Shown here piece after piece: positions 10,533 to 22,388 of a stretch of DNA of 64,000 nucleotides (position 1 is its first letter; every line of letters begins with the position of its first letter). The notes below the pieces were generated by a model. It saw only the letters and a list, made by a program, of their open reading frames with translations, did not search any database and had not been told where the DNA came from. The position numbers were made by a program, and so were the translations under genes. The DNA lies in assembly GCA_038087875.1 (NCBI GenBank), contig JAXLNO010000337.1, forward strand, positions 1-64,000, in the 5' to 3' direction. This DNA comes from Malacoraja senta. Taxonomy: Eukaryota.

Positions 10533-11963
10533 TTACAATAAACGTGCGAATTTAGACAACAACAGGCGGCTTAACCATGCGACCCGAACGCGTACGTACA
10601 GCACCTTCCCCCCTCCCATCAGAAAGAAGAAAGCCGTAGCGGAGGCAGGCAGGAAAGGCAAGGGAGGGGGAGATGCAGCCAGAGCGGGAGCGGGAGAGAT
10701 AGGCAGGGAAGGACGTGCAGGAGGTGACAGTGGCCGGCCAAGACCAGGAGGCAGCGAAACGGGAGACCGCAATAAGAGAGGGGAACGGGGCATGCATGGA
10801 GCAGCAGGGTGATCAGCGGCAGCAGGTGGAAACGACAACGGAGGAGCATAAGGAGTCGCAGAAGGAGGCATTGGCTCGTTGACGGCCAACAGGTGCTGAT
10901 GGCTGCGTCGGTAGGTAGTCCCTTCGTAATCCACCAGGTACGATCTTGGAGAGTCGTGCACGCCAGTCACCGTCGCGAGGCGGGAATAGCCGGTGGTGGT
11001 CCGCATCCGAACGACCTGCCCGGGTAGCAGAGGCAACAGAGGGCGGCAGGACCTGTCGTGGGAACGCCGTTGAACTTCATGTTTATGATCGATCCGTCTT
11101 TGGACTGCGGCAGGATCGAACACTTTGGGTACCAGGGACTGCTGGGCGATGGGCATGGGTTGTCTTGTCACTCTGGACATCAGACGTTGGGCAGGGGAAC
11201 CCACAAACGGGTCCCGCGAAACGTTACGTATGTTAAGTAAGTCCAGGTAAATATCGCTGTTTGACAGGCGGGACTGCTCCAACAGGCCCTTAGCACTCGG
11301 CACGGCCCGTTCGGCCAGGCCGTTACTCTGAGGGTACTCCGGGCTGCTGGTGTAGTGATCGAAGTTCCACCTTGCAGCGAAAGCTTTGAACTCGGCACTT
11401 GTGATTTGCGGACCATTGTCGGTCTGTAAGCGGACAGGGACGCCGTGGTCGGAGAAATGCTGACGCATCTTTGCGATGACCCTCCCGGAGGTGGTGGACG
11501 GAAGGTGGTCAATGTCGAACCAATTGGAGAATGAGTCCACCAGGACGAGAAAGAGCTTACCCCGCCATTCGAATATGTCAATAGCCAGCGATGTCCAAGG
11601 CATGGCTGGCGCCGGCTGCTGCAGAAGAGGTTGACGCTGCTGGTGTGGGGTAAGGTTGTTGCAGGAGGCACAGGAGGACACCCGGTTCCTGATGTAGTTG
11701 GCCATGCCAGGCCAGTAGAACTGTCCTTGGGCATGAGAAACAGTGGCCTCGACTCCCGGATGACCACTGTGGGCTGCGTTGTAGTATAGATCGTATAGAG
11801 AGGCTGGGACCACAACTTTGTGGCCTTTGACGATAACCCCATCCTGGATCACCAGCTCATCACGGACCAGGAAGAACGGTTGTGCGCCCGATGGCAAATT
11901 GGTACGTTTGACGGGCCACCCACGCTTGATGATGGCAGCCAGCTGCTGCAGTGCGGGGTCCAC
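10533..11963 (-). CDS. Gypsy integrase segment
   Basis: HHCC motif (AHSGHPG...CASC), D-D-E core (IDIF, TDNGPQ, SNGLAER) and Pro-rich tail. Confidence 0.9.
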   Translation of the reverse strand: MDPALQQLAAIIKRGWPVKRTNLPSGAQPFFLVRDELVIQDGVIVKGHKVVVPASLYDLYYNAAHSGHPGVEATVSHAQGQFYWPGMANYIRNRVSSCASCNNLTPHQQRQPLLQQPAPAMPWTSLAIDIFEWRGKLFLVLVDSFSNWFDIDHLPSTTSGRVIAKMRQHFSDHGVPVRLQTDNGPQITSAEFKAFAARWNFDHYTSSPEYPQSNGLAERAVPSAKGLLEQSRLSNSDIYLDLLNIRNVSRDPFVGSPAQRLMSRVTRQPMPIAQQSLVPKVFDPAAVQRRIDHKHEVQRRSHDRSCRPLLPLLPGQVVRMRTTTGYSRLATVTGVHDSPRSYLVDYEGTTYRRSHQHLLAVNEPMPPSATPYAPPLSFPPAAADHPAAPCMPRSPLLLRSPVSLPPGLGRPLSPPARPSLPISPAPALAASPPPLPFLPASATAFFFLMGGGKVLYVRVRVAWLSRLLLSKFARLL

Positions 11964-12015
11964 GGCGGTGTGCTCGATCAGGCTCTGTAGCTGCTTGGTT
12001 GGAACAAAGTTGACA

Positions 12016-12680
12016 TTAAGTACGAGCAGGTTTTCCTAGCTCGTAAGGGTGGCGGTCACAGGATGCCCGTGGGGCGCAGGAAAGTGTGTCAGCAACATGC
12101 ATCTCCGTTCCCTTCTTGTATGTGATTTCAAAATCAAAACGCTGGAGTTGCAGCATCATACGTTGTAATCTGGCAGGGGCAACATGTATGGGTTTGTTAA
12201 GAATGGTTACCAGTGGCTGGTGGTCGGTCTCGACTGTGAATCTACAGCCAAAGAGAAAGTCTTTGAATTTGGAACAAGCAAACAGCACAGCCAGGAGTTC
12301 CTTCTCGATCTGAGCATATCGTTGCTCCGTGTCGGTTATGGTCCGAGAGGCATACGAGACCGGTAGCAGGGAGCCGTCGCCGTAGAGCTGCAGGCAAGCA
12401 GCACCCAGTCCAAAACGAGAGGCATCACAGGTAACAACAATGGGACGGCGCAGGTCGAAGAATTTGAGTGTCGGGGTGCTGATCAGCTTAGACTTCAGAC
12501 ATTCGAAAGCCTGCTGGTGTTGTGCAAACCAGGACCAGGCGATGCCTTTCTTAGTTAGTTGTCTCAGGGATGAGCTCAGCTCACTGAGATTCGGTACAAA
12601 CTTCCCGAGGTAGTTGACCATGCCCAGGAATCGTTGTAGACCAAGCACGTCAGTTGGGGTGGCATTTCGGATATAGCGAT
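12016..12680 (-). CDS. Gypsy RT thumb/RNase H segment (frameshifted)
   Basis: LQRFLGMVNYL, CDASRFGLGA, RYAQIEKELLA, ETDHQPL, VADTLS. Confidence 0.88.
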
Positions 12681-14720
12681 AGTCTTTTGCGGGTCGGGTT
12701 TCAGTCCCTTGGAAGTGAAGATGTGCCCGACGTACGGCACCTCTGAGACCCGGAACCGGCATTTATTCTTGTTCAGTTTTAAGTTGATCTGTCGGGCACG
12801 GTCCAGGACTCTGCGGAGGTTCTTATCGTGTTCGGTAGTATTCTCCCCATACACTAGGATGTCATCAACGACGATGGCGCAAGGCATGCCAGCGAACAGC
12901 TGCTCCATGGTTCGCTGAAACACTTCACTGGCAGAGTTAATACCGAATGGCATTCGTAGAAACTTAATTCTGCCATAAGGAGTGGAAAAAGTTGTCAGGT
13001 CGGAGGAGCGCTTATCGAGTGGTATTTGCCAGAAAGAGCTTTTTGCATCAAGGACAGAAAACACCGTGGCCTGGCCGATTTGAGCTGCGACGTCTTCTAC
13101 GGTTCTCATGGGGTAGTGTGGCCGCCTGGTCGCTAGGTTCAGGTCTTTGGGGTTGATACACACCCGTATCTCGTTTTTGTCCTTTTTCAGGGTAGCAACC
13201 ATGGTGGAGACCCACTCGGTGGGCTCGCTCACTGCTTCCAGCACCCCCATTGTAGCCATGCTCTTCAGCATCGCTTCCACTTTATCCTTTAAAGCGAGGG
13301 ATACTCTGTGTGGTGCACGGACCACTGGCACCACTTTGGGGTCGGTGACAATCTTGTAGACAAGGGGCAGTTTGCCCAGTTCATCATCAAACAAGTCCGG
13401 GTAATCGGATAACGGATCCATCGGCAAACGTATTTCGTGGACAGTACGATCGAAGGACACTAGTCCCAAGTCTTGGCACGCCTGGTTGCCCAACAGAGTC
13501 ACACAATCAGAATCCAGAACATAAAACATGAGGGGCCGCGATATCTTTTGCAGCACACAATTAAAAGTTGCCTTTCCCACAGGTTTCAGTACCTCGACCC
13601 CATAGGCACGTAAGGTCGAACGGTCTGAAGTCAGTGGTTCATTATGTCTAATCTTTCTGAACAGGTTTGTTGACATAACATTGACTTTTGCCCCCGTGTC
13701 GAGTTTGGCTGTGAACGGACAGTTGTTGACGGTAACGAGGACCGATGGATCGGGGAGGTGAGCAGGTGCGTGTAGGAGTGTAAATATACTAGCATCTCCT
13801 TGATAACTAATTGCCTCAGAGTCGTGGGCAGTGTCGAGAGAGGACTGGGAACCCAAATCGCTATCAACTTGTGCTAGGTTGTTTAATACTTGTCTAGGAA
13901 CAGGTGGCAGGTTCCCACGAGAACGGCAAACCGCCGAGAAGTGTTTCAATCTCTTGCAGAAATTACATGATTTACCATAAGCCGGACACTGCGATTGCAT
14001 TGAATGTACATAGTTACAATTAGGGCACCTTTTAACCACCCGTCCTCCGGGGACATAACCTGCCCGCGGCGCGGGTCTAGCATTATCTATTTTGGGACGT
14101 GGTCTGTTGAGACAAGTTAAATTGACCGATCGACCATCAGTGCCCCTTTGTCCGAACAACGGGTCAACGACTTCAGCCAACCTGCATGCATGCATTGCGT
14201 CTGTCAGGGTAAGATCCGGCCTCCTCAGTAGCTCGGATCGCAGTTTCTGATCCAGCATACCTGTCACTAAAATGTCCCTGGTTAGCTGGTCAGTCATGTT
14301 TTCAAATCGGCATCGCTGTGCGAGATAACGCAGATCCGCAATAAAGCATTCAACAGGTTCGTCGGGCTGTTGCTTTCTCGTGAAAAACTTTGCTCGCTCT
14401 AAAATACGGTTCGAGGGCAAGTCGCAAATTTCGGCAAATTTTCGCAATAGACATACTGGGTCGTTTGCAGACTCCGCAGGTACCTGAATCAGGTCGTTCG
14501 CATCCCGGACCTCGGGATCATAGGCAAAGGCTCGCGCTCTCCTCATGGCATCTGGACCCACAAGGTTCAGTAGGAGAGAAGCTTTAACAATATCGGGATC
14601 GTTGCGATGCACGATATTGATGTAATGAGTGAAGTCCATTTCAAACGTCGCCCAGCGTTCAGCTATGTCAGCATCAAAGACCAGGGGCGAGGGTTTGCGG
14701 CACGAGGATGCCATGGCCAA
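12576..14720 (-). CDS. Gypsy gag-protease-RT (N-terminal part of polyprotein)
   Basis: 714-aa ORF: CCHC knuckles (CPNCNYVH...CPAYGKSCNFCKRLKHFSAVC), protease LDTGA, RT LDAKSSFWQ, MPFGINSA, VVDDIL. Confidence 0.9.
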   Translation of the reverse strand: MAMASSCRKPSPLVFDADIAERWATFEMDFTHYINIVHRNDPDIVKASLLLNLVGPDAMRRARAFAYDPEVRDANDLIQVPAESANDPVCLLRKFAEICDLPSNRILERAKFFTRKQQPDEPVECFIADLRYLAQRCRFENMTDQLTRDILVTGMLDQKLRSELLRRPDLTLTDAMHACRLAEVVDPLFGQRGTDGRSVNLTCLNRPRPKIDNARPAPRAGYVPGGRVVKRCPNCNYVHSMQSQCPAYGKSCNFCKRLKHFSAVCRSRGNLPPVPRQVLNNLAQVDSDLGSQSSLDTAHDSEAISYQGDASIFTLLHAPAHLPDPSVLVTVNNCPFTAKLDTGAKVNVMSTNLFRKIRHNEPLTSDRSTLRAYGVEVLKPVGKATFNCVLQKISRPLMFYVLDSDCVTLLGNQACQDLGLVSFDRTVHEIRLPMDPLSDYPDLFDDELGKLPLVYKIVTDPKVVPVVRAPHRVSLALKDKVEAMLKSMATMGVLEAVSEPTEWVSTMVATLKKDKNEIRVCINPKDLNLATRRPHYPMRTVEDVAAQIGQATVFSVLDAKSSFWQIPLDKRSSDLTTFSTPYGRIKFLRMPFGINSASEVFQRTMEQLFAGMPCAIVVDDILVYGENTTEHDKNLRRVLDRARQINLKLNKNKCRFRVSEVPYVGHIFTSKGLKPDPQKTIAISEMPPQLTCLVYNDSWAWSTTSGSLYRISVS

Positions 14721-14811
14721 AAAGTCACAAAACTCCGATAAAGCAACACTTTCAAAGAAACCCCCCCCCCCACGATATACAGGAGGCGCGCGTTTAAACT
14801 TGCTAACACCA

Positions 14812-15024
14812 TGTAAAGAAGCTGAGTTTGACTCGCTTGTAGCTTTACTTGACGTTTAATAATAAGACAGGTTAAACACTTTCCAGCATTGACTGCACCC
14901 AGTCTATCATCATGCTGGAACCAAGGGAGGAGCACACGGGAGATAGAGTTCTTATACTTGATAACTAAGGCGTGGTTAGTGGTACTGAGGTAGCTATATT
15001 ATTGGTTGCATGCATAAACCATCT
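14812..15024 (-). repeat. 5' LTR of the Gypsy element, missing its outer 3 bp
   Basis: Matches 10268-10480; the terminal ACA is replaced by Hero-element sequence. Confidence 0.9.
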
Positions 15025-17560
15025 GATAATGAGCTCCATTGCCATAGTGAAGGTCAATGGGGAGATGGTGCACCCCGCCATGATGCCTACTTCCAGTGGT
15101 TGCTACGCTGTGGTAAAGTCTGATGTTGTGAGGCATAATTGCAGATCCTGGAAGTAGTTTTTTTTACCAGATTTGTTATTATTGCAGGCACCTGAAAGAA
15201 TTCAAAAGCAGTCCACAGTAGCGAATGAGGAACTGATCTATAGGCGTTGGACAGATCGAGGAACAAGACATGCAGATTCTTTCGTACTTTCTTAGCAGCC
15301 TGGATTTGATGCCATATGATGCTGGTATGTTCAAGGCATCCCGAGAAGCCTGCAATGCCAGCCTTTTGGATTGACCTATCAATGAAATGGTTTTATTTCA
15401 GATACTTTGTAAGTCTTTCCGCCACCACACTGAAAAATATCTTGCCGTCTATGTTAAGAAGGATTATTTGCCGAAACTGTTCGATGGTGGAAGAATTTTT
15501 TTCTTTTGGGATCAGGGCTCCCCCTGCTTTTCGCCAGGCTTTGGGGATGACTTCCTTTTCCCACGCAACCCTCATGTTCCTGTAGAGGAATTTCAGAATA
15601 TCTAGGGCATTCTTGCAGACACAATAAGGAACACCATTAGGGCCTGGTGCAGAGGCCGTTCTTGCCTTCCTCACTATTTATTTTACCTCATTCAGCTTGG
15701 GAGGGCTGATGTCAAATTGATGTTGTGGGGGTGAGATTGGTGGGATGTCAGCAGGGACAAAAATCGGTTCATCTTTTAACTCATCAGTGTGGATTGTTCT
15801 GATGTGGCCTTCAACCTCCTTTTTTGACGCTTTCAGGGATCAGCGTTTTTCTTCTGTGAAAATGCCTTTCACAAACTTAAAGGGATCTTTGTAGAAGTCT
15901 GTTCTTGCTTTTTCCTTTTTGCGTCATTTCCTTAAATTCCCCGCTCTGCGCAGCTTCGAGAGCCTATTTTAGGTCCTTTTGAAGCTGGATGCCCTCCCTT
16001 TCTTCTGCTGTTGCTTTTTTCCACACCTTCCTCAGGCTTCTCCTTTCTTTAACGTTGTTGGATTTCCTGGAGACGACGAGACTTGGGGGGAGGAGGCCTA
16101 TCTTTCCTGCTGAGTTGTTCCTTCTCACAAAATTTCTCCTTTCCATAGCTGTAGACTGGTAAGTAAGTATTTTTTATTTATATAGCACTTTTAAATCAAA
16201 TCACGTTGAAGCCAAAGTGCTTTACAGAGAATAAATTTGATTTCCATACATCCATATAAAATAAAAAAATTAATAAAAGACAGTACACTATAGGAATCAA
16301 CATGAATCGTCCCCCCACAGCAGAATCCACTGTGAGGGAAGGCACCAAAATGTCCAGTTCTCCTCATCCTCATAATCCACCCAAGATCGGGGCCTATTTG
16401 TGGCCTCCGCAGCCAGTCCGATGTTTTCAGGTCCTGTTGCCGGGAAGCTGGAACTCCGGCGTCGGGTGAAACACTCCTCAGCGGCTTGGAAATGTCTAAA
16501 GCGGCCGCTCTCTCCCCGGAGACTGCGGCACCCGTAGTCCTCGGGCCGCGCTGGTTGGAGCTCCGATTCTGGCGATCTCGGATCCCAGGCTCCGCGGTAT
16601 TTTAAATCCAGCGCCGCCCGCGGCTGTACGCCCGCAGTCACAGCTCCTCGGATGTTGGAGTCAGCGGTCACCGCACTCCGGAGCTTACCGCACGGCGACC
16701 CAGTAAGGCATCGCCCGCTCCGTGTTGGTGTCCCAGCGCCGTGCCGCCGCTGAAGCTGTGGTCCCGGCAGGAAACGCCGCTCCAACTTCTTTTCTGCGGA
16801 TCCCTTGATTCCACTTAAGATTAAGCTCACATCTGCATTGATGATTTCCCACTCCTTGCTGTTGGAATTTGGCCATTTCACCAACGGCTTACGTCCGTGC
16901 ATGTTCTCCACTTTACAATGTGCCTGATGCTCTGCGGTCTGTGGATTTCTTCCTGCCGCTGAGTTTCATCCGACTGATTTGACCTTCCTCTTGACAGAAT
17001 CTGGTCAATGCGGGGCCCTAGGTTGGGGATTTTCAAGCATTTCTTCCGTCCCTGATGAGTTTCGAGACCACGTGTTGATGTTACTTTATTCCAGCCACAC
17101 CTACAGGTCTGAAGAACGTGTCCAGCTGCTCATTTTTCAAGAGTTTTGCCACTTACCTGATTCAATGTTGTGTCCTTTCCAAGGTTTGTTACCGTGTGGT
17201 CAGTCGATGAGTCATCTTGCGCCCCCGCTCTCGCAGATTCAGGGGGTATTCTTCTCTTTTAGCTTTTTGTAGCCAAGTGTGGGTGGCTCTTGTGCCCTAA
17301 CAAGGTGACGGAGCCAGCTGTTATGGGTAGCTAGCCCATAACAGCCCCATTTAGGTTTATTTCCTCGTCAGCTGTCACACGGTCTTTCCCTTGTCGTCAG
17401 CTGCACTTTCACAGCAGTCACTGGTTTTTCCTCCAGAAGGTCAGGAGTGCTAATAGGACTTGATGTTTCAATCCCTGTGATAAGTCGGCACTCTTGCTAT
17501 TTGCAGCGGGATTGGAGTGGTGATAGGTAGGGTAGGTACGTCATCGGGGTCATTAGGTGG
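15025..17560 (-). mobile_element. Degenerate Hero/R2-group non-LTR retrotransposon, truncated within RT
   Basis: Translations KPLVKWPNSNSKEW, RKARTASAPGPNGVPY, FRQIILLNIDGKIFFSVVA, LFLDLSNAYRSVPH, VGIMAGCTISPLTFTMAME; stops and frameshifts present. The 5' boundary is approximate. Confidence 0.75.
16159..16783 (-). mobile_element. Non-autonomous GC-rich retroposon with L2-like 3' tail, nested in the Hero element
   Basis: Interrupts the Hero ORF after AEKKLE; the tail GTGCTATATAAATAAA...TACTTACTTAC resembles the L2 tail at ~41712-41780. Similar GC-rich bodies at ~18500-19180, ~34440-34920, ~51320-51715 and ~59160-59805. Confidence 0.55.
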
Positions 17561-20145
17561 GCACCCTCCTTCTTTGACGTTTCATTGATAAGCCCACAAC
17601 ATCTCTAGAGGGCTCAACGCTGATACCTGGCGTCTCAGTTTCACCCCCCTCAATTCCATACCATCTTGTATTCATCTTGCAGCCCAATTGTTGATCCATA
17701 TCGCTCCATTCCCTGCGTATCCATGTGCCGATCCCAAGTCTCAAACTCAACTATCGTATCTGCCTCAACCACCACCCATGGCAGCACATTCGAGTCACCC
17801 ACCATCCTGTATTAAAAACTTGCCCTTTCACCTTAAAGCTATATTTGAACCCTTCATTCTGGAGTAATTGTGGTAACAACAGACGGTACCAAGATTTTGT
17901 GCTCTTGCATCAAAATGTTAAAAGGAAAACAAGCACTGTGAACGCTGCAGCCATTTCCGGCTCCCTCAATGTGCATACGTTTTCTTAAAATTGCAAGAAA
18001 TACAGAAATGATTAGTCTTCTGCCAAAATATAAAATACCCCCCAACTAACTGCGGCCACAATAAATCGCCATTTGTAATACTTTGAAGCAGAGAATAATT
18101 CCTAAACTGACAATGCTGGGGGCAAGAGAAGTAAACAAGCAAGTAAAGTAATGGCCAGGGGTTATTGAAATAGTGCCATGGCACAAGGCATTGTGCATTA
18201 TGGGCCTGTTCCACAGGCGACTTTTTAGGCGACTACAGGAGACTATGCAGTCGCCACATGGTCACCACATGTACGCGGGTGGTTGCCGGGGAGTCGCCTT
18301 CATGATCGTGAGGAGGTCCTGCATTCTGGGAACTAGTCACGGCCTCATTATGGTCACCGTGAATTTTTCAACATTTTGAAAAATTAGCGGCGACTAGAAT
18401 GAAACCGCCATGGAGAGCAGCGAGAATTCTCGAGCCGTAGGTGGGTCGCCAGAAGGTCCTAGTGGGTTGCCAGGGGATCAACGTTTCTTGGAGGTTATCG
18501 TAGGTTGGAGTCGGTGGGGGCGGGTTGGTGGGGAAACCTTTTGAATCTCTTCCCTGTACGGGGACCCGACTTTTTCCTTGTCGAGTCTCCGTTGTCGTTG
18601 GGCCTAACTTCGAGGAGCCGGCGGCCTCCAACCGGAATCGACGTGGGGCTCCAGTCGCGGAGCTTGCGGACTCACCATCGCGGAGCTGGTAAACTTCGGA
18701 GTGCGGAGCGCTGTGGTGGCGCACGGCTGCGACCTGACTTCGGAGCTCGGAGGCTTCGGCTGCAGGCCTGTGGACGGTAACATCGGGTCCCTGGTGGGAG
18801 ACCGCATTTCGGAGCTCCCGCAACGGCAAACTTCGATCGCCCGAATCGAGGGGTTTAAATCGACCCGGAGCGGGGCCTTACATCGCCCGGCGCGACTTAA
18901 ACGGCCGCGGGACTTATCATCGCCCGCCGCGGGGGGGCTTCAACATCTAACATCAGGAGCCTCGATCGGCTCGATGCAGCAGTTTGGCTGCTTGACTACG
19001 GGAGAGGAATGAGCACAGAGAACGGGGAAGAACTTTGCCTTCCATCACAGTGAGGAGGTGTTTGGGGATTCACTGTGATGGATGTTTGTGTGGAATTGTG
19101 GGATTGTGTATTTTGTTTTTTATGTTTGTATTATGACTGCAGAAACGTATGTTTAAATGACAATAAACGGTTCTGATTCTGATTGCCCCATCTACACTAG
19201 CCCCACCTGCCTGTGTTTGGCCCATATCCCTGTAAATCTATCCAAAGGTCCAAAGGTATTAAATGCTGTTATTGGATCCGCCTCAACTACCTCTCTGGCA
19301 GCTCGTTCCATATACCCACCACCCTCTGTGTGAAAAAGTTGCCGCTCCAGTTCCTATTAAATCTTTCCCCTCTCACCTTAAACCTATACCCTCTGGTACT
19401 TGATTCCACTTACTCTGGGTAAAAGACTCAAAATTTACACTGTCTATTCAGCGAGCTCTATCCAGCCGTGCAGGAGAGGGCACGGCCGCCGGCAGAGCAA
19501 GGAGAGATGTCGGCGAGCGACCCAACGAGCCGCGCTGCAGAAGGTCGTCTCGCGGCGAGCCATGGTAACGAGAACAGACCAGAGAGGTAGCTGCTGAGCT
19601 TGGCCTCTGCTCACAATGGAGAGGAGGAAGATAGAATAAAGGGCCGGTTAGTGGACCAGCGGAGGGAAGCAGGACAGGGCCTCGATGGTGGACAGGGCTG
19701 CTGGAGGCACTGCAGCAGCCTGCAACCTAGCCAGTGCAGGCCCAGCTCGCTCGATGAGGGCAGGCTGCTGAGCCCGGCCCCTGCTCACCACATGGATCGG
19801 AAATCAGAGAGGGAGTGGAAGGAAACGGCAATGGTGGCAGACGCTGGACAAAGGGCCTGGTGAGAAGAACCGGGAGGGTCTAACCTTCCACGCCCTCGAG
19901 GTCCGACCGGGGGAGCAAAGGTTTGAAGAAGGCCAGGCGTGAAGAGGGACGACGGTTCACGAGATGACCAAAATGGAGGAGACGGCTATAACGGGCCTTT
20001 GTGGCCAGCTGCAGCTGGGACTGTGAAATGGCACAAAAATTCCACCTCTCGTACATGCTCGGTGAGTTGCTCTGTGAATACTGCACTAACTGAGGCGATT
20101 GTAGTTATGTACGGGGATAGTGTTGCAGATTTGTATGCAAAAATG

Positions 20146-22170
20146 TTCACAAGTTCTAGGAGTAGAATTAGGCCATTCGGCCCATCGAGTCCACTCCGCC
20201 ATTCAATCATGGTTGATATCTGCCACCAAATCCCATTTTCCTGTCTTCTCCCCATAACCCTTGACACTCATTCTAATCAAGAACTTATCTATGCCTTAAA
20301 AATATCCACTGAGAGCCTCCACAGCCCTCATTGGCAATGAGTTCCACAGATTAACTACCTTCTGACTAAATAAGTTCCTCCTCACCTTTTTAATTGTTTA
20401 ATTCTGAGGCTACGACCTCTGGTCCTAGACTCTCCCACCAGTGGAAACATCCTCTCTACATCCACTCTATCTATGCCTTTCATTATTCTGTAAGTTTCAA
20501 TGAGGTCCCCCCTGAACATTCTAAACTCCAGCGAGTACAGGCCCAGTGCTGTCAAACGCCCATGCTGTCATATGCTAACCCACTCATTCCTGGGATCATT
20601 CTTGTAAAATGTCTCTGGACCCTCTCCAGAGCCGGCACATCCTTCCTCAGATATGATGTCCAAATTTGCTCACAATACTACAAATGTAGCCTGACCAGCG
20701 CCTTATAGAGCCTCAGCATTATATCTGTTTTTGTATTACAGTCCTCTTAATATAAATGCTAGCATTGGATTTGCCTTCCTTACTGCCGATGCAACTTGCA
20801 ATTTAACTTTTTGGGAGTGCTGGTGCAGAATTGCAAATCCCTTTGCACCGATTTCTGAATTCTCTCTCCATTTAGAAAATAATCTACTTTATTATTATTA
20901 CCAAAATGCATGACTCCACACTTTGCTTCACTGAATTACATCTGCCACTTCTCCGCCCACTCTCCTAATCTGTCCAAATCCTTCTGCAGCGTCCTTGCGT
21001 CCTCTACACTGCCTGCCCCTCCACCTATCTCAGCATCGTCTGCAAACCTGGCCACAAAGCCTTCAATCCCATTATCCAAAACATTAATATACAACGCGAA
21101 GAGAAGCGTCCTCAGCACAGACCCGTGTGAAACTCCACTAGTCACTGGCAGCCAACCTGTAAAAGTGGCTTTTATTCCAACTCTTTCCCTTCTGCAATAC
21201 AGCTAGCCCACTATCCATGCTAGTATCTTCCCTTCAATACCATGGGCTCTCATCGTCCCTCGTAGCCTGACGTGTAGCACCTGATTGAAGGCCTTTTGAA
21301 AATATAGGCGAACAACATCTACAGCCTCCCCACTGTCTGTCCTGCTATTAACTTCCTCAAAGAACAGCAGATTTGTCAGGCAAGATATTCCCTTCACAAA
21401 ACCATGCTGACTTCAGCCTATTTTATCATGAACTTCCAATTACTGTATCACCTCATCCTTTATAATTGACTCTAAAATCTTACCAACCACCGAAGTCAGG
21501 CTAACCAGCCTATATTTTCCGCTATTCTGCTTTGCTCCCTTCATCAGGGTGATATTCACAATTTTACAATCTTCAGGAACCACTCCTAAATGGCCTGTCC
21601 CACTTTCACGACCTAATTCACGACCTCTGCCGAGTTTGCCCTTGACTCATACCCGCAGCATGGCCGTCAAGAGGTCGTAGGTAGGTCGTGATGCTAGTCG
21701 TAGGTACTCGTGGCATCAAGTAGGTCGGGGCGTTCTAGCATGAAAAATGTCCACGAGTAAAAAGGGTTGTGAATTAGGTCGTGAAAGTGGGACAAGCCCA
21801 TTACTCGAGTGATTCTTGAAATATCACAACTAATGCCTCCACAATCTCGGTGTCCACCTTCAAAACCTTGGAGTACAGTCCATCGGTCCAGGTGACTTAC
21901 CACCTACAGACCTTTCAGTTTTCCAACCACCTCCTTAGTAATCGCCACTCCACGAACTTCCATCCCCTGACTATCTAGGATTGCAGGCACAATGCTGGGG
22001 TCTTCCACTGTGAAGACTGATGCAAAAAAATGTTATGCAACTCCTCGGCCATTTCTTTATTTCCTGTTATCACTTCTCCTGCATCATTCCCCAGCAGCCC
22101 AACGTACACTCTTGCCTCTTTTTTACTCTTTATATATCCGTACACATTTTTGCTATCGTCTTATATAATT
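20146..22170 (-). mobile_element. Old degenerate CR1 LINE
   Basis: Fragments GVSHGSVL, RFADD, KGISCLTNLL, YFQKAFNQV; many stops. Confidence 0.85.
21590..21800. mobile_element. PIF/Harbinger-like MITE nested in CR1
   Basis: ~36-bp TIRs (GGCCTGTCCCACTTTCACGACCTAATTCACGACC / GGTTGTGAATTAGGTCGTGAAAGTGGGACAAGCC) flanked by TAA and TTA; a related end at ~18200-18500. Confidence 0.8.
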
Positions 22171-22388
22171 CGCTAGCTTCCACTTCTCTACAACAGGAGG
22201 GCTTGCACTTCTCCACAACAGGGCCTTCACAGTGAACGGTCGGGCCCTGGGGAGGGTGGTAGAGCAGAGGGATTTAGGATTCAAAGTACGTAGCTCCCTG
22301 AAAGTGGATATTCAGCATTTCATTGGTAGTTCGAGAATGTGGTTGTAAACTATTCCTTTAGGCGAATCCATTCTGAAGATAATGATGT

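Larger units (their letters stand above)
10268..15024 (-). mobile_element. Near-complete Ty3/Gypsy LTR retrotransposon (Mag-like), gag-pol broken by frameshifts
   Basis: Direct ~216-bp LTRs at both ends; PBS-like TGGTGTTAGCAAG next to the 5' LTR; PPT AGGGGAAGGA (10484-10493) next to the 3' LTR; domain order gag-PR-RT-RH-IN. Confidence 0.95.

Noticed and set aside
17850..18200. Possible exon (minus-strand ATGGCTGCAGCG..., acceptor-like tracts) as AGA exon 1 or NEIL3 exon 5/6
   Set aside because: No frame gives AGA (VVNTW) or NEIL3 motifs, and the ATG frame stops after 14 codons.
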